In this document: positions 13,514 through 26,729 of the stretch, piece by piece
Position numbering within the stretch: position 1 is the stretch's first letter
How the letters are laid out: the number at the start of each line of letters is the position of its first letter
Assembly (NCBI GenBank): GCA_040954595.2
Contig: CM082585.2
Coordinates: 11,201,995 to 11,265,994 of the forward strand
Direction of reading: 5' to 3'
DNA from: Balanoglossus misakiensis
Lineage: Eukaryota > Animalia > Hemichordata
Length of the DNA: 64,000 nt
Notes under the pieces: model-generated
Told to the model about the DNA's origin: nothing
The model's database searches: none
What the model saw: the letters and a program-made list of their open reading frames with translations, nothing else
Translations under genes and position numbers: made by a program

Positions 13514-14955
13514 ATGCAGACTTCCAAAGCTTTTGAAAAACTTACAAGGTGAGATGCTCGTCGTATTCAAAGTCGTTTGTGATGTTTTAGCAATCGTAAG
13601 TGTGTATTACAGTGTAAGATAAGGCAGGCCAAAAGTTTGATCCCTAAAAGATTATTACTTTCCACAGAAAACTGACGACCATGAGACCGGATGGCGGCTG
13701 CAGGGCCATAGAGAAACTGAAAGACTTCAAACTCAACGATTTCGACCAGATGCTTTTGCCGACCATTTACCGATGGCCACCGAAGGGGCAGAAACACAAT
13801 CCGAAAGATAACCGCGAGCGCGAACCAGATTCCGGTGAGAAAAACCAAGAGAGCGCAGACGGACAAAACGACAACTCTGGTGATTTTCAACAAATAGGTC
13901 AAACAAGCAGAGATTCCGAGTCCGATAGTGATTCCATCACCGACACGGACGATGAAACCGTATCCGAAGACTGGTTCACGAATCTAGTGGTCGACCCGCA
14001 AAATTTTCTAGACGTTGCAGATGACGATCTCCCGTTCGAGGAGCTGAATCATTGCCAATGCAAAAAGGCGTGCGGAGGAGAGACGTATTATTTCTGGCAA
14101 AACAACTACCATAGACTCTGCATGTTTCCAATCGGTAGGGGCACTTACTCAAAGGTGTACATCTGCGTGAAGAAGCAGTCGCTAAGGAAAGTTGCCATCC
14201 GCGTAGTCGACCGAGACCAAGCTCCGTACATGTACACAAAGGAAGGTTTTTACAGGGAGATTGAAATCATGAAATACCTGGACCACCCGAATATTCTGAA
14301 ATTTGTCGACTGGTTTGAAGCTAAGTCAAGAAAGTGTCTGGTGATGGAATTGGGAGACAGGGGCAGCCTGGAGCGGTTCATCGCGGAGACTCTCGCCGGC
14401 GTTCCCGAGGAAACCGCCGCTGTCTTTTTTCGGCAAATTCTTGACGCGCTAGCGTACTGCCACGATCATGGTATCGCTCACGGTGACGTCACGACACATA
14501 ACATCCTCTTGGACAAACACTTCAGGATCAAACTGTCCGATTTCAAGTTCGCCACCCCGATAACCAGCCCCGAATTTACGTGCGCTAAATACCACGGGAC
14601 GTATGGGTTCGTAGCGCCGGAGATTGTCGACAGAAAGCCGTATGATCCGCGCCTGGCCGACATCTGGTCGCTGGGATGCGTGGTTTACAGGACAGTCACT
14701 GCCAGGTACGCATACAGTTGCCAAGGAGACTACAACATCCTGGATCTTCGCCAGCTGATGAACAAACCCCCTTTTTGGCCCAGACCATTGCGAAGTTATT
14801 CAAGGGCTCTGCGAGGTTTGGTGAAACGAATGCTGGTCGCGAAACCAAGTCAAAGAATCGATCTGGTCAGCATTGCATCAACTTCGTGGGTGAATATTTT
14901 AACAGAAGCAACAGACGTACAAGACGAAGACGACGAATCAGATTCAGATTCATGA
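13514..14955 (+). CDS. Testis-specific serine/threonine kinase (TSSK)-like CAMK-group kinase, probably catalytically impaired
   Basis: 424-aa ORF 13681-14955 with subdomains GRGTYSKV, VAIR, REIEIM, HPNI, HGDVTTHN, SDFKFA, GTYGFVAPE and YDPRLADIWSLG. A short upstream exon 13514-13548 (MQTSKAFEKLTR) splices in frame to 13668. Acidic N- and C-terminal extensions. Confidence 0.8.
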
Positions 14956-15834
14956 GGGATTTCACAAGATAAAATTTATTCTATAAATACGATCTATAAT
15001 GATCACTTTTAAGAAATAATGACTTCCGCATTTATTTATAAAAGAAAACTCATATGTGAGTACATCCGAGAAAAAAACGCACTTTGAGAGAGAGAGAGGG
15101 GGGGGGGGAGAATTATGTCAACTATATTTTCATAAGCAAATAGACGATTTATTTGATTTATCAAATGCTTTGACCTGTCAAAGATGACAACAAAGCATAT
15201 CATACGAATAAGGTATTATATTGTAGACAAAAGTTCGCTTCAGCAATCAATTAAACAAAGAAATGATGGTAATTCAAGTTTCTTTGTCCAGCTTTCTGAA
15301 GGTCGCTTTTTAGAAAAGAAAATAACACAACAATGAACAGAAAAACTCTGGCGAATTCCATATATTACCAATAGTATATTAATTTATTATAATTGAGTAA
15401 GAACGAACAATAAAAGAAAAGTCAACCTCAAAATTCCATAATAGTCGTAAACATGTTGAAATCTTTTGAAACGAATCGCGAAAAATATGACCCCGAATAA
15501 AGCGTGGGAAAATGTCTTCTCAAAAAACTCGTGCATAGGCCTATGATGGGAATGGAATAAGGGGATAGATAAATAATTGAAATAAATACGAAATAACCAT
15601 TATAAAGTAAAATCTAGCTACTGTTGTATTGCACACATGTGGCCAAAATTGTGATAAAATGGATAAAGAATAAACCATTATATGAATCCAAGGCAGTGAT
15701 ATTGTGTCAAAAACGAACTGCATCAAAATATCTCGCAAGTCTCTTTTACAACTGAGACGAAACTGTGAAAGATATACAAATAAAAGCGTTGCAATAAAAC
15801 TGAAATTTCAAATAAAAGAGTTCATATTCTTATG

Positions 15835-16953
15835 TTAAAGTTCGACGTCAATGTTTTCACCATCGATTTTTGTGTCCTGTTCAGAGCCCGAATCTGAAGA
15901 TAGGATCCCCTTCTGTCGTTTATATCGTAGTTTGCAGGGCAACTGTGAAGTTTCAGAGTCTGATCCACAGCTACTATGCGGGTCTTCGTTGGCCTTTCTC
16001 GGGGTGTCGCGTTTGCGTTTGACCGGTGTGGACGGAGGAGTGTCGTGGACACTTGAGATGCGGGGTCGGACGCCGGGGTGTGGCGTGTCCTCCCAGCCGC
16101 GAACTATCGTCTCCTCTTCTCGTTTGGTAGAGGAGCTGGCAACATCTGAGGGTGCGCAGTGCTCTCTTTTCCTTATGACGTGTTTTGTGTAGTTAATGTC
16201 GAATCGTTCGTGAGTGGCAGACGATTCTGCGGGATCACCATTCATGTTATACAGACGTGGATGTCCAGGATAGTAGCGTGGGTAGAAAGGATACTGGGGC
16301 ATACTGCCTACTGGTTGCCTGTCTCCTCCATACCGAAACCCACTGTCCATATTATAATATCGGTCAAAATCTCCCATCTTTTCATATCTGTACTGACTAC
16401 CGAAGCGCGGGTCGCTCGAATGTTTGCTCAAGTCGATCGGAAAAGTGTACGGATTCACCGGTATCGGTGCGTACGGTAATCCGTAATAGGGTGGAATATG
16501 ACCGCTGGCGCTGGGGTCTTGAACCTGTCCTTCGTCTTGAACTTTTTCGGGGGATTCGTTTTTGACGACAGCGCTGCTTTCTTTGACGCCCAGGTCCTGT
16601 TCCAACTTCTCAACTTTGATTCTCAAGGCGTCGTTCTCCTCCAGGAGTTCCACGACCCTCATCTGCAGCGCCATGTTGTTGAACTTCTGCCTCTCGCGAG
16701 ATCTCTTGGCGGCTTCGTTGTTTTTCATCCGTTTCATCCAGTAGCGGGAGTCCTTGTCGTCCTCCGGGATGTAATCCGGGGACTTGCGGCTAGTGATGAG
16801 TTTCCTACGTCGGATGTAGACGCCATTGTTTCTCATCAGTTCTAAGGTGTTATCATCAAACGCGTTGTCTGGGACGTACGAGATGACGATATCCTTCTTC
16901 TCCTGTTTGGCCTTTGCACCCGTAGCTGTTTTAGATGGCTTTGGCATGTTCAT
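15835..16953 (-). CDS. NFIL3: NFIL3/E4BP4/vrille-like bZIP transcriptional repressor, single coding exon
   Basis: Basic region YIPEDDKDSRYWMKRMKNNEAAKRSRE plus leucine zipper. C-terminal LPCKLRYK resembles the NFIL3 LPHKLR motif. A non-coding 5' exon is implied by a donor at 17637 and an acceptor at 17006. Confidence 0.85.
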   Translation of the reverse strand: MNMPKPSKTATGAKAKQEKKDIVISYVPDNAFDDNTLELMRNNGVYIRRRKLITSRKSPDYIPEDDKDSRYWMKRMKNNEAAKRSRERQKFNNMALQMRVVELLEENDALRIKVEKLEQDLGVKESSAVVKNESPEKVQDEGQVQDPSASGHIPPYYGLPYAPIPVNPYTFPIDLSKHSSDPRFGSQYRYEKMGDFDRYYNMDSGFRYGGDRQPVGSMPQYPFYPRYYPGHPRLYNMNGDPAESSATHERFDINYTKHVIRKREHCAPSDVASSSTKREEETIVRGWEDTPHPGVRPRISSVHDTPPSTPVKRKRDTPRKANEDPHSSCGSDSETSQLPCKLRYKRQKGILSSDSGSEQDTKIDGENIDVEL

Positions 16954-18882
16954 ATCTTGAAGAATTTTTAGAGTCTAAGGCAGTCCTGGCAATAATCGAT
17001 GTTTCCTGCGAATCAAACAAGAAATGAATGTATATTATTATCCATGCCAATCAAGATCGGCGTCAAGGTACGAAATGAAGGATTATGATTCCACTAAACA
17101 TTCAGCAAAAGTTCTGAAACATTATGCAGAATTTCAGACACGCCCGTCGCTTGACTTTGCCAGCTCATCGCGTGATCATTTCACAATTACGTAAGAGAAA
17201 TTGTTTCTTTTCATATTGTACAGTATTTCATAAATCATGTTTTGGCAACTCTGCCACGCCTGGGTCCGATTTTGAGAATGGTTTCTCATCATTGATCTCA
17301 TGTAATCTGACATCAAAGATTATGGATTGGCTTGTTTTTGTCAGTGAAAGTTCATAAAAATAACCGACTTTCCAACATTGACAGGAAACAGTGCGAGTGA
17401 ATGCCATTTTGTCCCACAAAATTGTCCTTCAACTGGTGTCATTTAAAGTTGGATTCTTTTGATGTAAAGACTTAGTAGATCGTTTACAATATTATCAGTA
17501 TTAAATATTCTGAACTCAAGTGAGATGGTTTTTGCGTTGAACTTTCCGTGAAATTTTCGCACATGGGCCGTTTTCATTTAAAGGTACTGCGATGCGCGAT
17601 CATATTGTCACGCCCTCAGCGGGGACAGCACACTTACCTGTAGCTACGAAGTACATGTACAGTAAAACCTGTCAAAAGTTTCGATTGGCTCCTTTAGATT
17701 CTCGCCTGACTTCGTTCTCCGTCTTGACTCTGGAGCGTCTAGTGAAGTGGAGTGATTTTGCAACAAGCATTTATACTTGCAACTCCGGAACCAGCGCTTG
17801 CCACATCGGGTTTTGTCTCCAAATCATGAAAGACGGCGTCCAATTGCGAGAAATGGCGATCTGTCCAAACATGCCACCGGACAAAAACAACAAGAATAGA
17901 TCCTGTTGATAACACGCTTTTCTTTTGTCACCATTATGCCCCGATACGCGTCTCATTTGTTTCATGTTTCCTCAAAAATTTTAATAATCGCTCTGTTGGC
18001 CTGTGCAAATTTGTGAATTTGTATCTAACATTTGGACCGTCATACCAGTGTGTAGATACAAGAGTACAGACCCCGGCAGCAGTCGAATCATTCACGTCGA
18101 AGAGATCTTTCTGGGATTCCACGCACTGAATTCCGATGGTCGAGTAACAAAGGTGCGCGAAGCAAACGTGATAAGCGTATGAAACAAAAATAGTTGAATA
18201 GTCGTTGTTACGCAATCATGAATTTTGTCAGAAAATTTCTAAAGCTGACGGAAATCTGCGTGGAGCGGCAGAGCGAATTTGTGGAGTGGCGAACTTGAAG
18301 ACATCGTTCGGATACACGATTTTCGGCGCCTTTGTTTCGTCCAATAAAAATGATCCGTGACAAAATTAAGAACTTCTTCACATGTGCTAGTCTGAGATTA
18401 TTCAATGGATCACGAAAGAAAATACAAGTATAAATTCTTGTAATTATGATTGACAAAACCCCGGAAGAACAACTTATTGAATTGCAGAAAGGCCAACAGA
18501 AATAAACACGAATTGTGAAATGGACAATGCTCGTTCATTAATTTGCATAAGTATTATTTAAAGTTGCAAAATGAAATTACAATATTTTATTGCGTTGATG
18601 ATAACAGAAATTGCAATTATGCATAACCACTTCCTATATTAGACTTGTATCAAGACCAAGAATATCGTCCATATTGCAAAACGGACGTTTCTCGTGTGTC
18701 TACAGTCAGAAGAATAGGGCAGAACTACATTTACATTTTCCAAGATATATTTTATTGTACTAGTATTCTAGCTTCACGCTGACTTCAGGACAAAGGCTCC
18801 CCAGTGTACGAGTGGAGGAATTGATGGTTACTGCATGAACGCCACCCGATGGAATGCGCTTTGTTGGGTCACAATGCTTCTG

Positions 18883-18924
18883 TCTCGGGGTGTCGCGTTT
18901 GCGTTTGACAGGTGTGGACGGAGG
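18883..18924. repeat. 42-bp copy of NFIL3 coding sequence 15997-16038
   Basis: TCTCGGGGTGTCGCGTTTGCGTTTGAC(A/C)GGTGTGGACGGAGG, 41 of 42 identical, same orientation. Confidence 0.92.
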
Positions 18925-20160
18925 GAACATTAGTGTGAATTTTCAAGTGTTCTCGCGAGCAATCAATTGTATTTGTCATTACGTGTTGAGGGACGCCGTA
19001 CACTATTCACTGTCGTTTTGCGATCACGGTGCGTGTGATGCTTCGGCCTTAATCGTGGGAATGTTGGAAACTGGTGTAAATTTCTCTGTGATCACCTCAT
19101 TAACATAACACTGGGCCAATACATGTATACAGCAGGTCCAGAAATTAACACAACAATGGCGCAGATACATGCAGTCATGCTTGAATTTTAACCAAAGCGA
19201 AGACAGACGAATGTGCGGTGCCATGTGCCTACCATCATCACCTATTCGTACATGATCACGACCGGTTGTACATGTATATCTGATCACATTAAACTCCGTG
19301 TTTTCAACTGCTATGGTATGAAGTACACATACATGTGTAATTCAATTTGGCCAAAATTGTGATGGGGGTGGTGCTTGCTTCCGCTCATTATGAATGCGGT
19401 GTATAACTAATTAACACTTGTTAAAAAGCAATGGGATTGGATGAGTAGTGTTAACTTCCATGACTTCCGATGTTACCTAATCGTTCCGGTTCAGGGAAGC
19501 GACCCTTTCTTGTTTTACCTGTAGAGTTGTGTTCTATTGCATGCATGCATGGCAATAGTGGAGTCATGTTGAAAATTGAACATAATGGGGGGTCTGATGA
19601 GAAACTTCACGAACTTCGCGCGCGGTCTGTGGCGTCAATTTAAGTTCTCTCAGTACATTAGATGTTTGAGAAAACGTTAATAACACCGGAAAATCGTAGT
19701 TTATGCGCTGATAATGTCATAAACCGCTATATAAACCATTTATCAGCGTAGCCTGGAGGCAGTGGTAAAGTGTGGCGCCCCCTGTGTCTGCTAAGACGCC
19801 AAGAAAGAGTTAGTTGACTTTTATAATCTTGTCCCTACACGACCGAGAGTCGTTTGTTCATAGTTGTTAGAGCATAAGCGTCTAGCCGCGGGCGACGCCA
19901 CTCCACAGTTCCGGTAGTAACGACATTTGACCGTATTTGACTCTTTATCACTGGAAGGAACCATGGACAGTCTACAGCGTGAACGTACATGCGCAGATGG
20001 GATGTCCTCGATTTCGGAGTGTTCTTGTAAATTTTACACTATTCTATGCGATAATAAAAAGTAAAATGCATTTTTAAAATTGTCGATAATTATTTTGTGA
20101 CATCGGCTTTTATTGTTATGACAACGTTATTTTTAAACGTTTGAAATGTGCATTCAATGG

Positions 20161-23100
20161 CTACAGCTCCGTTCTGGTCAGTGACGTCACCAAATCGCCC
20201 ATCGTATTTGCCGCTGAATTCAAATGAAATGTAATCACGGCTAGTTGTTTCTCCACGTCTCTCCACTGTTCCGTGGGGTTCGGACTGTTGTCGATGTCAA
20301 AGAGGGAGTCTATCAGCCCTGGGAATCCGGCACTTGCGTACATGTCCTTACTACTAGGCGCGAAAATCACGTGCCTGCAAAAATACCATATTCACTGAAA
20401 CCGTATAGCGGTGTCTCAGTAACCCTAACCCTAAAGCAATGCATATTTTTCAATATGCAATGAAATATTCACTATGTAAATGATCGACACTTGAGCCATA
20501 GATCATGTATGCATTTCGACATACCTTGTATAGGGTCTATCAGGCAAACCAAGCGGGTCGACGAATGCCCTCTCTAATGACATCAATTGGTCGTTGACTC
20601 GTCTTATGTCCATTGGGCTGTTGTGTGAAAAAGAACAAATTCGGTAACTAATATGTCGGTGATAATATTTTGAATAATATGGGCGTGGTATTGCTTACGG
20701 CGATTGTCAGGTTAACAGACAGAAATGCATCAGAAAGACAATTAGTTAATGTGTATATTTATTAAATTGCCTCTCCACGAACTCGATATCTTTGTGTATG
20801 AATTACCTTCTTTTATTGGTGTCCACAACTGTGCTCTGAAACTCAGCCGTTTTCGTTTTGAAAGTATTCACAGCATCTTCAAAATTATCTGGATTAGAGA
20901 CATGACAAATGTGTGAGACACAAGCACATGTATATAAGAGCACGCCTCCTGGTCTTACGCATGTGAAATACATTTTGTAAAAATATGAAAAATCGTGAGA
21001 AAAAAAAGTTGCTGTAGCTTCCGGCATTAGTTGATTTCTTTATGCCGTTCAGACCAAGATTCCTCACTCACCTAAGGATAGACCTCGGTCAAGTATTCTC
21101 TGCGCGTTATCACTGGCCTTGAAGCCATCGAACATCTCCTTCACTCTGATGCCGTAATCTTCAGCGTTAAAGGGAAGTACCAAAGAATCAGCCAGTTGCC
21201 AGGCAACCTCAATCCACATGCGAGTCATTGCTTGGAGATACCGGAAGTTTGGATCGTAGTATGTTTCCACAAGATGGAATGTCTCGTAGACCGAGTGATA
21301 TATAGGATAGATGGAAAAATCATACTTTTCCTGGGAATAAAACAGGAAAGGAATATCAATTGAGAATCCACATCTCAACCACCAATGCACGACCAAAGCC
21401 AAGAGAGAATTGTATACTCACAGTATCCCAACGATATCCCATGTCGATGGCAGACATCCCCATTCGATGCAGAAACGAAGCGTAGTCGCTACCCGATCCA
21501 AGGTCATTCACTCTAGAATTTTACAAAGAAGTTCATAATTAATCGTATTTCAGTTTATGGCGATGGTGAAGCATGGAACTACAAGACTGCTCTCTCAGGT
21601 TTTACTGGACACCACAATCAGCTAAAAATACTACGCTCCACTCTGTACTACAGCATATACTCTTCTCGTGTGATGCGTGATCCCATTATCTTACTTTGGA
21701 AAGTTGCCATCCTTGGGGGCTCTCTCCATCATAGTATCATATAGAGTCTTCCGGTTACCACTAGGTGACGCATCCGGGACCTGTATAGCAAAAGTACCGG
21801 TATTGGGATTTGCAACTATGATTACTGTATAACCAAATCATCCACCCACCCCTAACAAACACACACACACATACATACCTTTTTTGCGGCATTGTAGATC
21901 AACTGCTTAAGATTTGGAGTAGCGCTAGTTCTCAGGTAGTGTATTCCTGGGGTAAAAAGAATTGACGCCGTATGATTATCAAAGGAGTCGCGATCACGGA
22001 AGACGCAAAGAAACGACAGTAAATGATCAACAATCATTCACTTACCCATCAGCGGAGCATCAACGTTGATGTATGCGACTCCTCGTGGTATAAAACTTTT
22101 CATGTTTTCCTTGATGGGGACATTATCAAAAGAAATTGATTATGCATTTTGTTATTTGTATACATTTCACAAAGACGATTGCTGACTACAAAACCGCCAC
22201 CTGAACCGCATAAAAATTCTCAATAAATTCTAAAACTATGGGGAAACAAACAAACAAACAAACAAACATCTGACTCTTACCTCCACCCATTCGTTGGATC
22301 CAATCAATCCATATTCCTCCGCACCCCATGTACAGAAGACCATCGTTCGCCTTGGACGCCAACCTGTAACAAGTAATCATTATTGAAAGACAGTCCCGTC
22401 ACGTAAACACAGTAGTATATCGGAGTGACCGTCCGATAAACTAGCATTACATGTTGAGTACGAAAGCAACAAACGCCATTTTATACTCAAAAGTCACTTG
22501 CCGTTTTTCACCATCTGTCCAAAGACTCGCGTGGCCTCCATGATGCTGGCCGTTCCGCTGGACGGGTCAATGGCGCCGAAAATCCAAGCATCGCGATGGT
22601 TGCCAAGGAGGACGTAGCGATCTGAAATTTGAAGCGAGAATTTCTGTTCCATGAGGTCACATTGACATGTCAAGGAACAAGGAATTATTTTGTCGAATGA
22701 TGTCTCATTGCGGTCGAACGAACGTATGCTTTGTTCTGAAACATGTGCGACCATTAACACCACAAGACTCTCCGGCCAATCGTCATCGTGCGGCGAGTCT
22801 GTGTACCAATCAAAATGTCGACTTTGGCTTTGTGCGACGAATAATTTAATTGCAGGAGCTAACAAGGTGATAACAAACATATAGTTACCTGGTTCCACGC
22901 TTCCACGGATTATTCCTATGGTGTTGTAAGTAGTGGCGCGGGTGTTTGACGAATACACGCTGATCTTTACAACCCTGTGAAGAATCAAGCAAATCAGAAA
23001 TTTCATAACTCGGGATAGTAATATCCTTCTGGTTCCACAACGTGCCTTATCCGTAGGTGGAAACGACACCACGACTTCACATTTTCATCGTTAATAAATA

Positions 23101-26100
23101 GCTTATAAAAAATTACATATTTTGTAGGAAGGATGTGTGTAATTGTAATGCCTCACTCTTTTGTCCCAGTCAGTCCGGGGCCATAGCGATATGTCACTCC
23201 TGGAATTGCCCCCTTCCAGTCTTCCTTCACCTCGTCGCCTTTCATTCGTCTGTAAAGACAAAGAAAATCAGAGAAGGTGGTCTTTATGAGCAAGAGCGTA
23301 GCAAAATGTTGCTTCTGACAAGACATTATATTTGGTCTATTAGGGAATTGTTCATAGCGTTGGTTGTCATCAGATACGTACGTCAAAATTTCCTTGGCGT
23401 CACTGTATCCTATGGGGTGGACTGGTATCCTAGGCAACTCTGCCTCAGATTCATCTATTCTGAACGCATACCCTGAATAAAAAGAAAGAACGTATCACAT
23501 ATCTTCTTAACATACAAATAATAAACGAATACTAATGCCCATCGTCTTGGTATGTTTTAACAGTACTGTCGGCAACGTACCCGTGGCTGGGTAGCCCGGT
23601 GTTAATGGATCCATAGCGTGCTTGAAGGTAGAACCTCTCTGTACACCTGTCCCTGGTAAAAATATGTCATCCGGGTATGTAGCCTCCCCAGCAGGGGCAA
23701 CGTCCTCGGGATCCGAGTATAATATGATGCCAACGGCGCCAACATCCATTGCATTGAAGAGCTGCGAAAATCCACGCAATTATGAAAAGGTCAACAAAAG
23801 ACTGTAGTTGGGAAATTGTCTGTTGTTCACACGACTGATTAATTTAGACGACTGAGTAAATTCTTTCGTGGCTGGTCATATTACCTTATCTCCTCGAAAT
23901 ATCTTTCCATATCTTGCTATGATTATCGTCCCAGTCAGGTCCAGGCTCAGATTTCTCTGAAGAAAAAAGAAATCTTCCACCCTGGCATAGTTGGCGTAGA
24001 CAATCTCACCCTGTGTGTGAAGAGAGGATAGAGGTGATCAAGAAAGTGGTTGAAGCACCTCAGTTTGTTATGTAGAGGCGAGAAGCTATCGTAGGGGTAC
24101 CAGAATTGCATGTGATGTGTGTGTCCTTATTGTCTCTGAAATATAACGGTAGCTTTATACAATCCGTCAACTCTTCCATGCAATTATTAAAGCTTACAGA
24201 TTTCACCATCACCCTAACAAACAGGACAAACGAGATCTTTATACACGTACAGTACACACTTCATGACTGTGGAGAAACATCGCTCACTCAACAGCGCCCT
24301 CTCCGATGAAACATCTTACCTGTTCTTCTCCGGCTGCTGAATATGCATTGAATGGCGGCACGACATCCGAGTTGTTCTGAGACGGGTCCAGAATTTCTTC
24401 AAAGGGCCTTGACGTAAACACTGCCTCACTCGTGTCCGTGTTCAATACTTCAACCTATACAACGCGAATGTAATATCTGCGTGGTCATTACATGCTGTCA
24501 AGTTAAACACCGTATATCACGGAACTCATACTGACCGCGACTTTCTCCTGGGAGCACTGCACTACGCTTCCGCCCGGAGAATGAACACCTGGGAAATGAC
24601 CAACTACGTTTTCCAAGATGGCGGCTAATTAAAACGTCAGCCTCTGATTGGCTCGTATTTTTCGGATTTAAAATCCACACCAACTTACTTTATTTCCCTT
24701 TTCTTTCGAAGGATAGGAAAGGAGTATGTCATATGGGACAGCCTCGGCATGGTCCAAACCTTGTTCTTTCCAGAGATTGACGACGTAGTCTGCTTGTTCC
24801 TTATCAGCAGGTGTTCCCGCCAAGTGCGGGGTTTCCGTCAAATATCTGTATAATAAGATGGGAAGCTTCGGTATATTGCCCAGCCCCGATTAAACTTAGT
24901 CCCCGGTATTAGTCTTCGTGCATTTAAATTTACTTCAGTCTTCATTATTATTGGGACGGAGATAAAATGCTGACAGAAACCAGAAGTAGAATAGTCTATT
25001 TTCCAAATCTTGCGAGATCTCGCTATGGGCGAAATTGTATATTGAGTTCATTCCGTCTGGAAACCGTATACGCTCACTATAAATATCTCTCGGTGTGAAG
25101 CAATGCTGTTCCTGGACATATACACCCGTGCTGCAAAATTCATTTGACATTGCCTCATATTCAGTTGCATGGATTCAAAAACAATGTTAGAAATGAGAGT
25201 GGAATCTGAGATCGCCACGCTGAAGAATCGATATGGGGTACAGAGGGATTCTAACCACACTGAACGTTTTATGTAGGTCATCTTGACGCATCTTTTTAGG
25301 TCACGACCCAGGAGTCAAGATATTGGCAAGGTCTATGGGTCTATTGAAGCCTAGCCACAGTCCCTCAGAGAGACCGAGGCATGGACCGCGGCTAAGATAA
25401 AATCTCTTAACGACTTTAGAACCACCTGTTGAAAGAAAGAATTATTATGCTGGGCCATTAATAGTCATTTACTATGCATAAATGGGTGTGTCGTCAAAAA
25501 CAAACGGTGATAAAATCGACATCGCCAGTAACTGTAACCATTTCGGCGAGGCCTAATTTATAAGTTAATAATCTGCTTCAGTAGTAGTATATAGGGTTGT
25601 TTTTGTGGTATGATTTCAAAGTTCATGGAAACGAGATATGTTCCTCAGTAAACATATAGCTCTCACTGGCGTGGTTGTTTTTAGTAATTAAGCTTCTCCT
25701 GGACCGCATTTCATTAAAGTAAAGATAACGCTTTACGTTGCTAAGCAGCTCAAACATCTTCCAGTCGCGTGTTTTCATTCTTCCATCTTTATTCATGATT
25801 TTAACAAACTCTGTGAAAGAGTCATATACTTACACTGTGAAGTCATAGAAAGTGCCCTTGATAGTAGAATGTATAAGTGTTTACTACCCGTAGACATGTG
25901 AATGACAATGTTGACACGATATAACATTTGCTTTTCAGATTGCACTAAAACTTGGCACAGTTCCCGTTCCAGGGACACGCATGCGTAGACTTACCTCAGG
26001 TTTTCGCGAATGTTTTCTGCATTGACTTCTTGCATCAGTTTGTTGCTGACCGATTCGTCTGCCTCGCTCAGGGTAGCTTTGATGATGGCGTCATCTCCAG

Positions 26101-26729
26101 CCTGTGTGTGTGTTGGGGGAATTCACAAGACGAATGATGAATCACTTCTACAGTTGTAGAAACAAATGGCGCATTGTTGTGTACGGAGAAAGCATGTCGC
26201 GGGGATAAAGCTAATATTTGCGGAATGCTCATAATGAAATTTCGATGGAATTCCTGTGCAGCGCCGTTTTAAATATTGTAAATTACTTTGAGCGCGAGAA
26301 AGTTCGTCATAGATTCCAAAGCGTGGTTGCGTTGCTATCATTGTATATTTTACATTATCAATGGTCATTCTGATATACATGTATCTGTCATTCATTTATT
26401 CGAATTTTACAAACTCCAATCGGTATCCTGGGCCCCAATTCCAAACTTACAACACCGCGCCTATTTTTCGTTGTTCTACATTCTTCTGAAACTCTTCGTG
26501 GTTTGCTTTGCCGAATGAGATGAACCATGAAATTGCACATGGAATCTTTCTTGCAAGACTGATTCTTACATAAACGGTAGTTAGAAATAATGTTACCTAC
26601 ATTGCCCAAACCAATGAAGTAGCCAATCACGATACCAAGAGCGAAGAGTACCACGGCGACCAACGCTGACACACAGAGAATAAGTCTCCAGTTCGCGGCC
26701 ACTTTCCTGGCTCGGTTTATATCATCCAT
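20161..26729 (-). CDS. NAALADase / glutamate carboxypeptidase II family (M28B) type II membrane metallopeptidase, about 19 coding exons
   Basis: Exon 1 (26601-26729) has a signal anchor ([27 protein letters not shown]); exon 2 is 25995-26101. Later exons encode [85 protein letters not shown] and HVIFAPS. All zinc-ligand motifs are present. Confidence 0.92.

Noticed and set aside
13567-16845. Many 60-115 aa ORFs overlapping the kinase and NFIL3 genes (likewise over HS3ST, the STAND gene and SLC25A44)
   Set aside because: Antisense or alternate-frame shadows of real GC-richer coding exons, with no recognisable motifs.
20420-20433. TAACCCTAACCCTA telomere-like repeat
   Set aside because: Only about two units inside an intron; common in animal genomes.
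25352-25394. Imperfect inverted repeat TAGCCACAGTCC...GGACCGCGGCTA in a peptidase intron
   Set aside because: Too short and imperfect to call a MITE or structured RNA from one copy.
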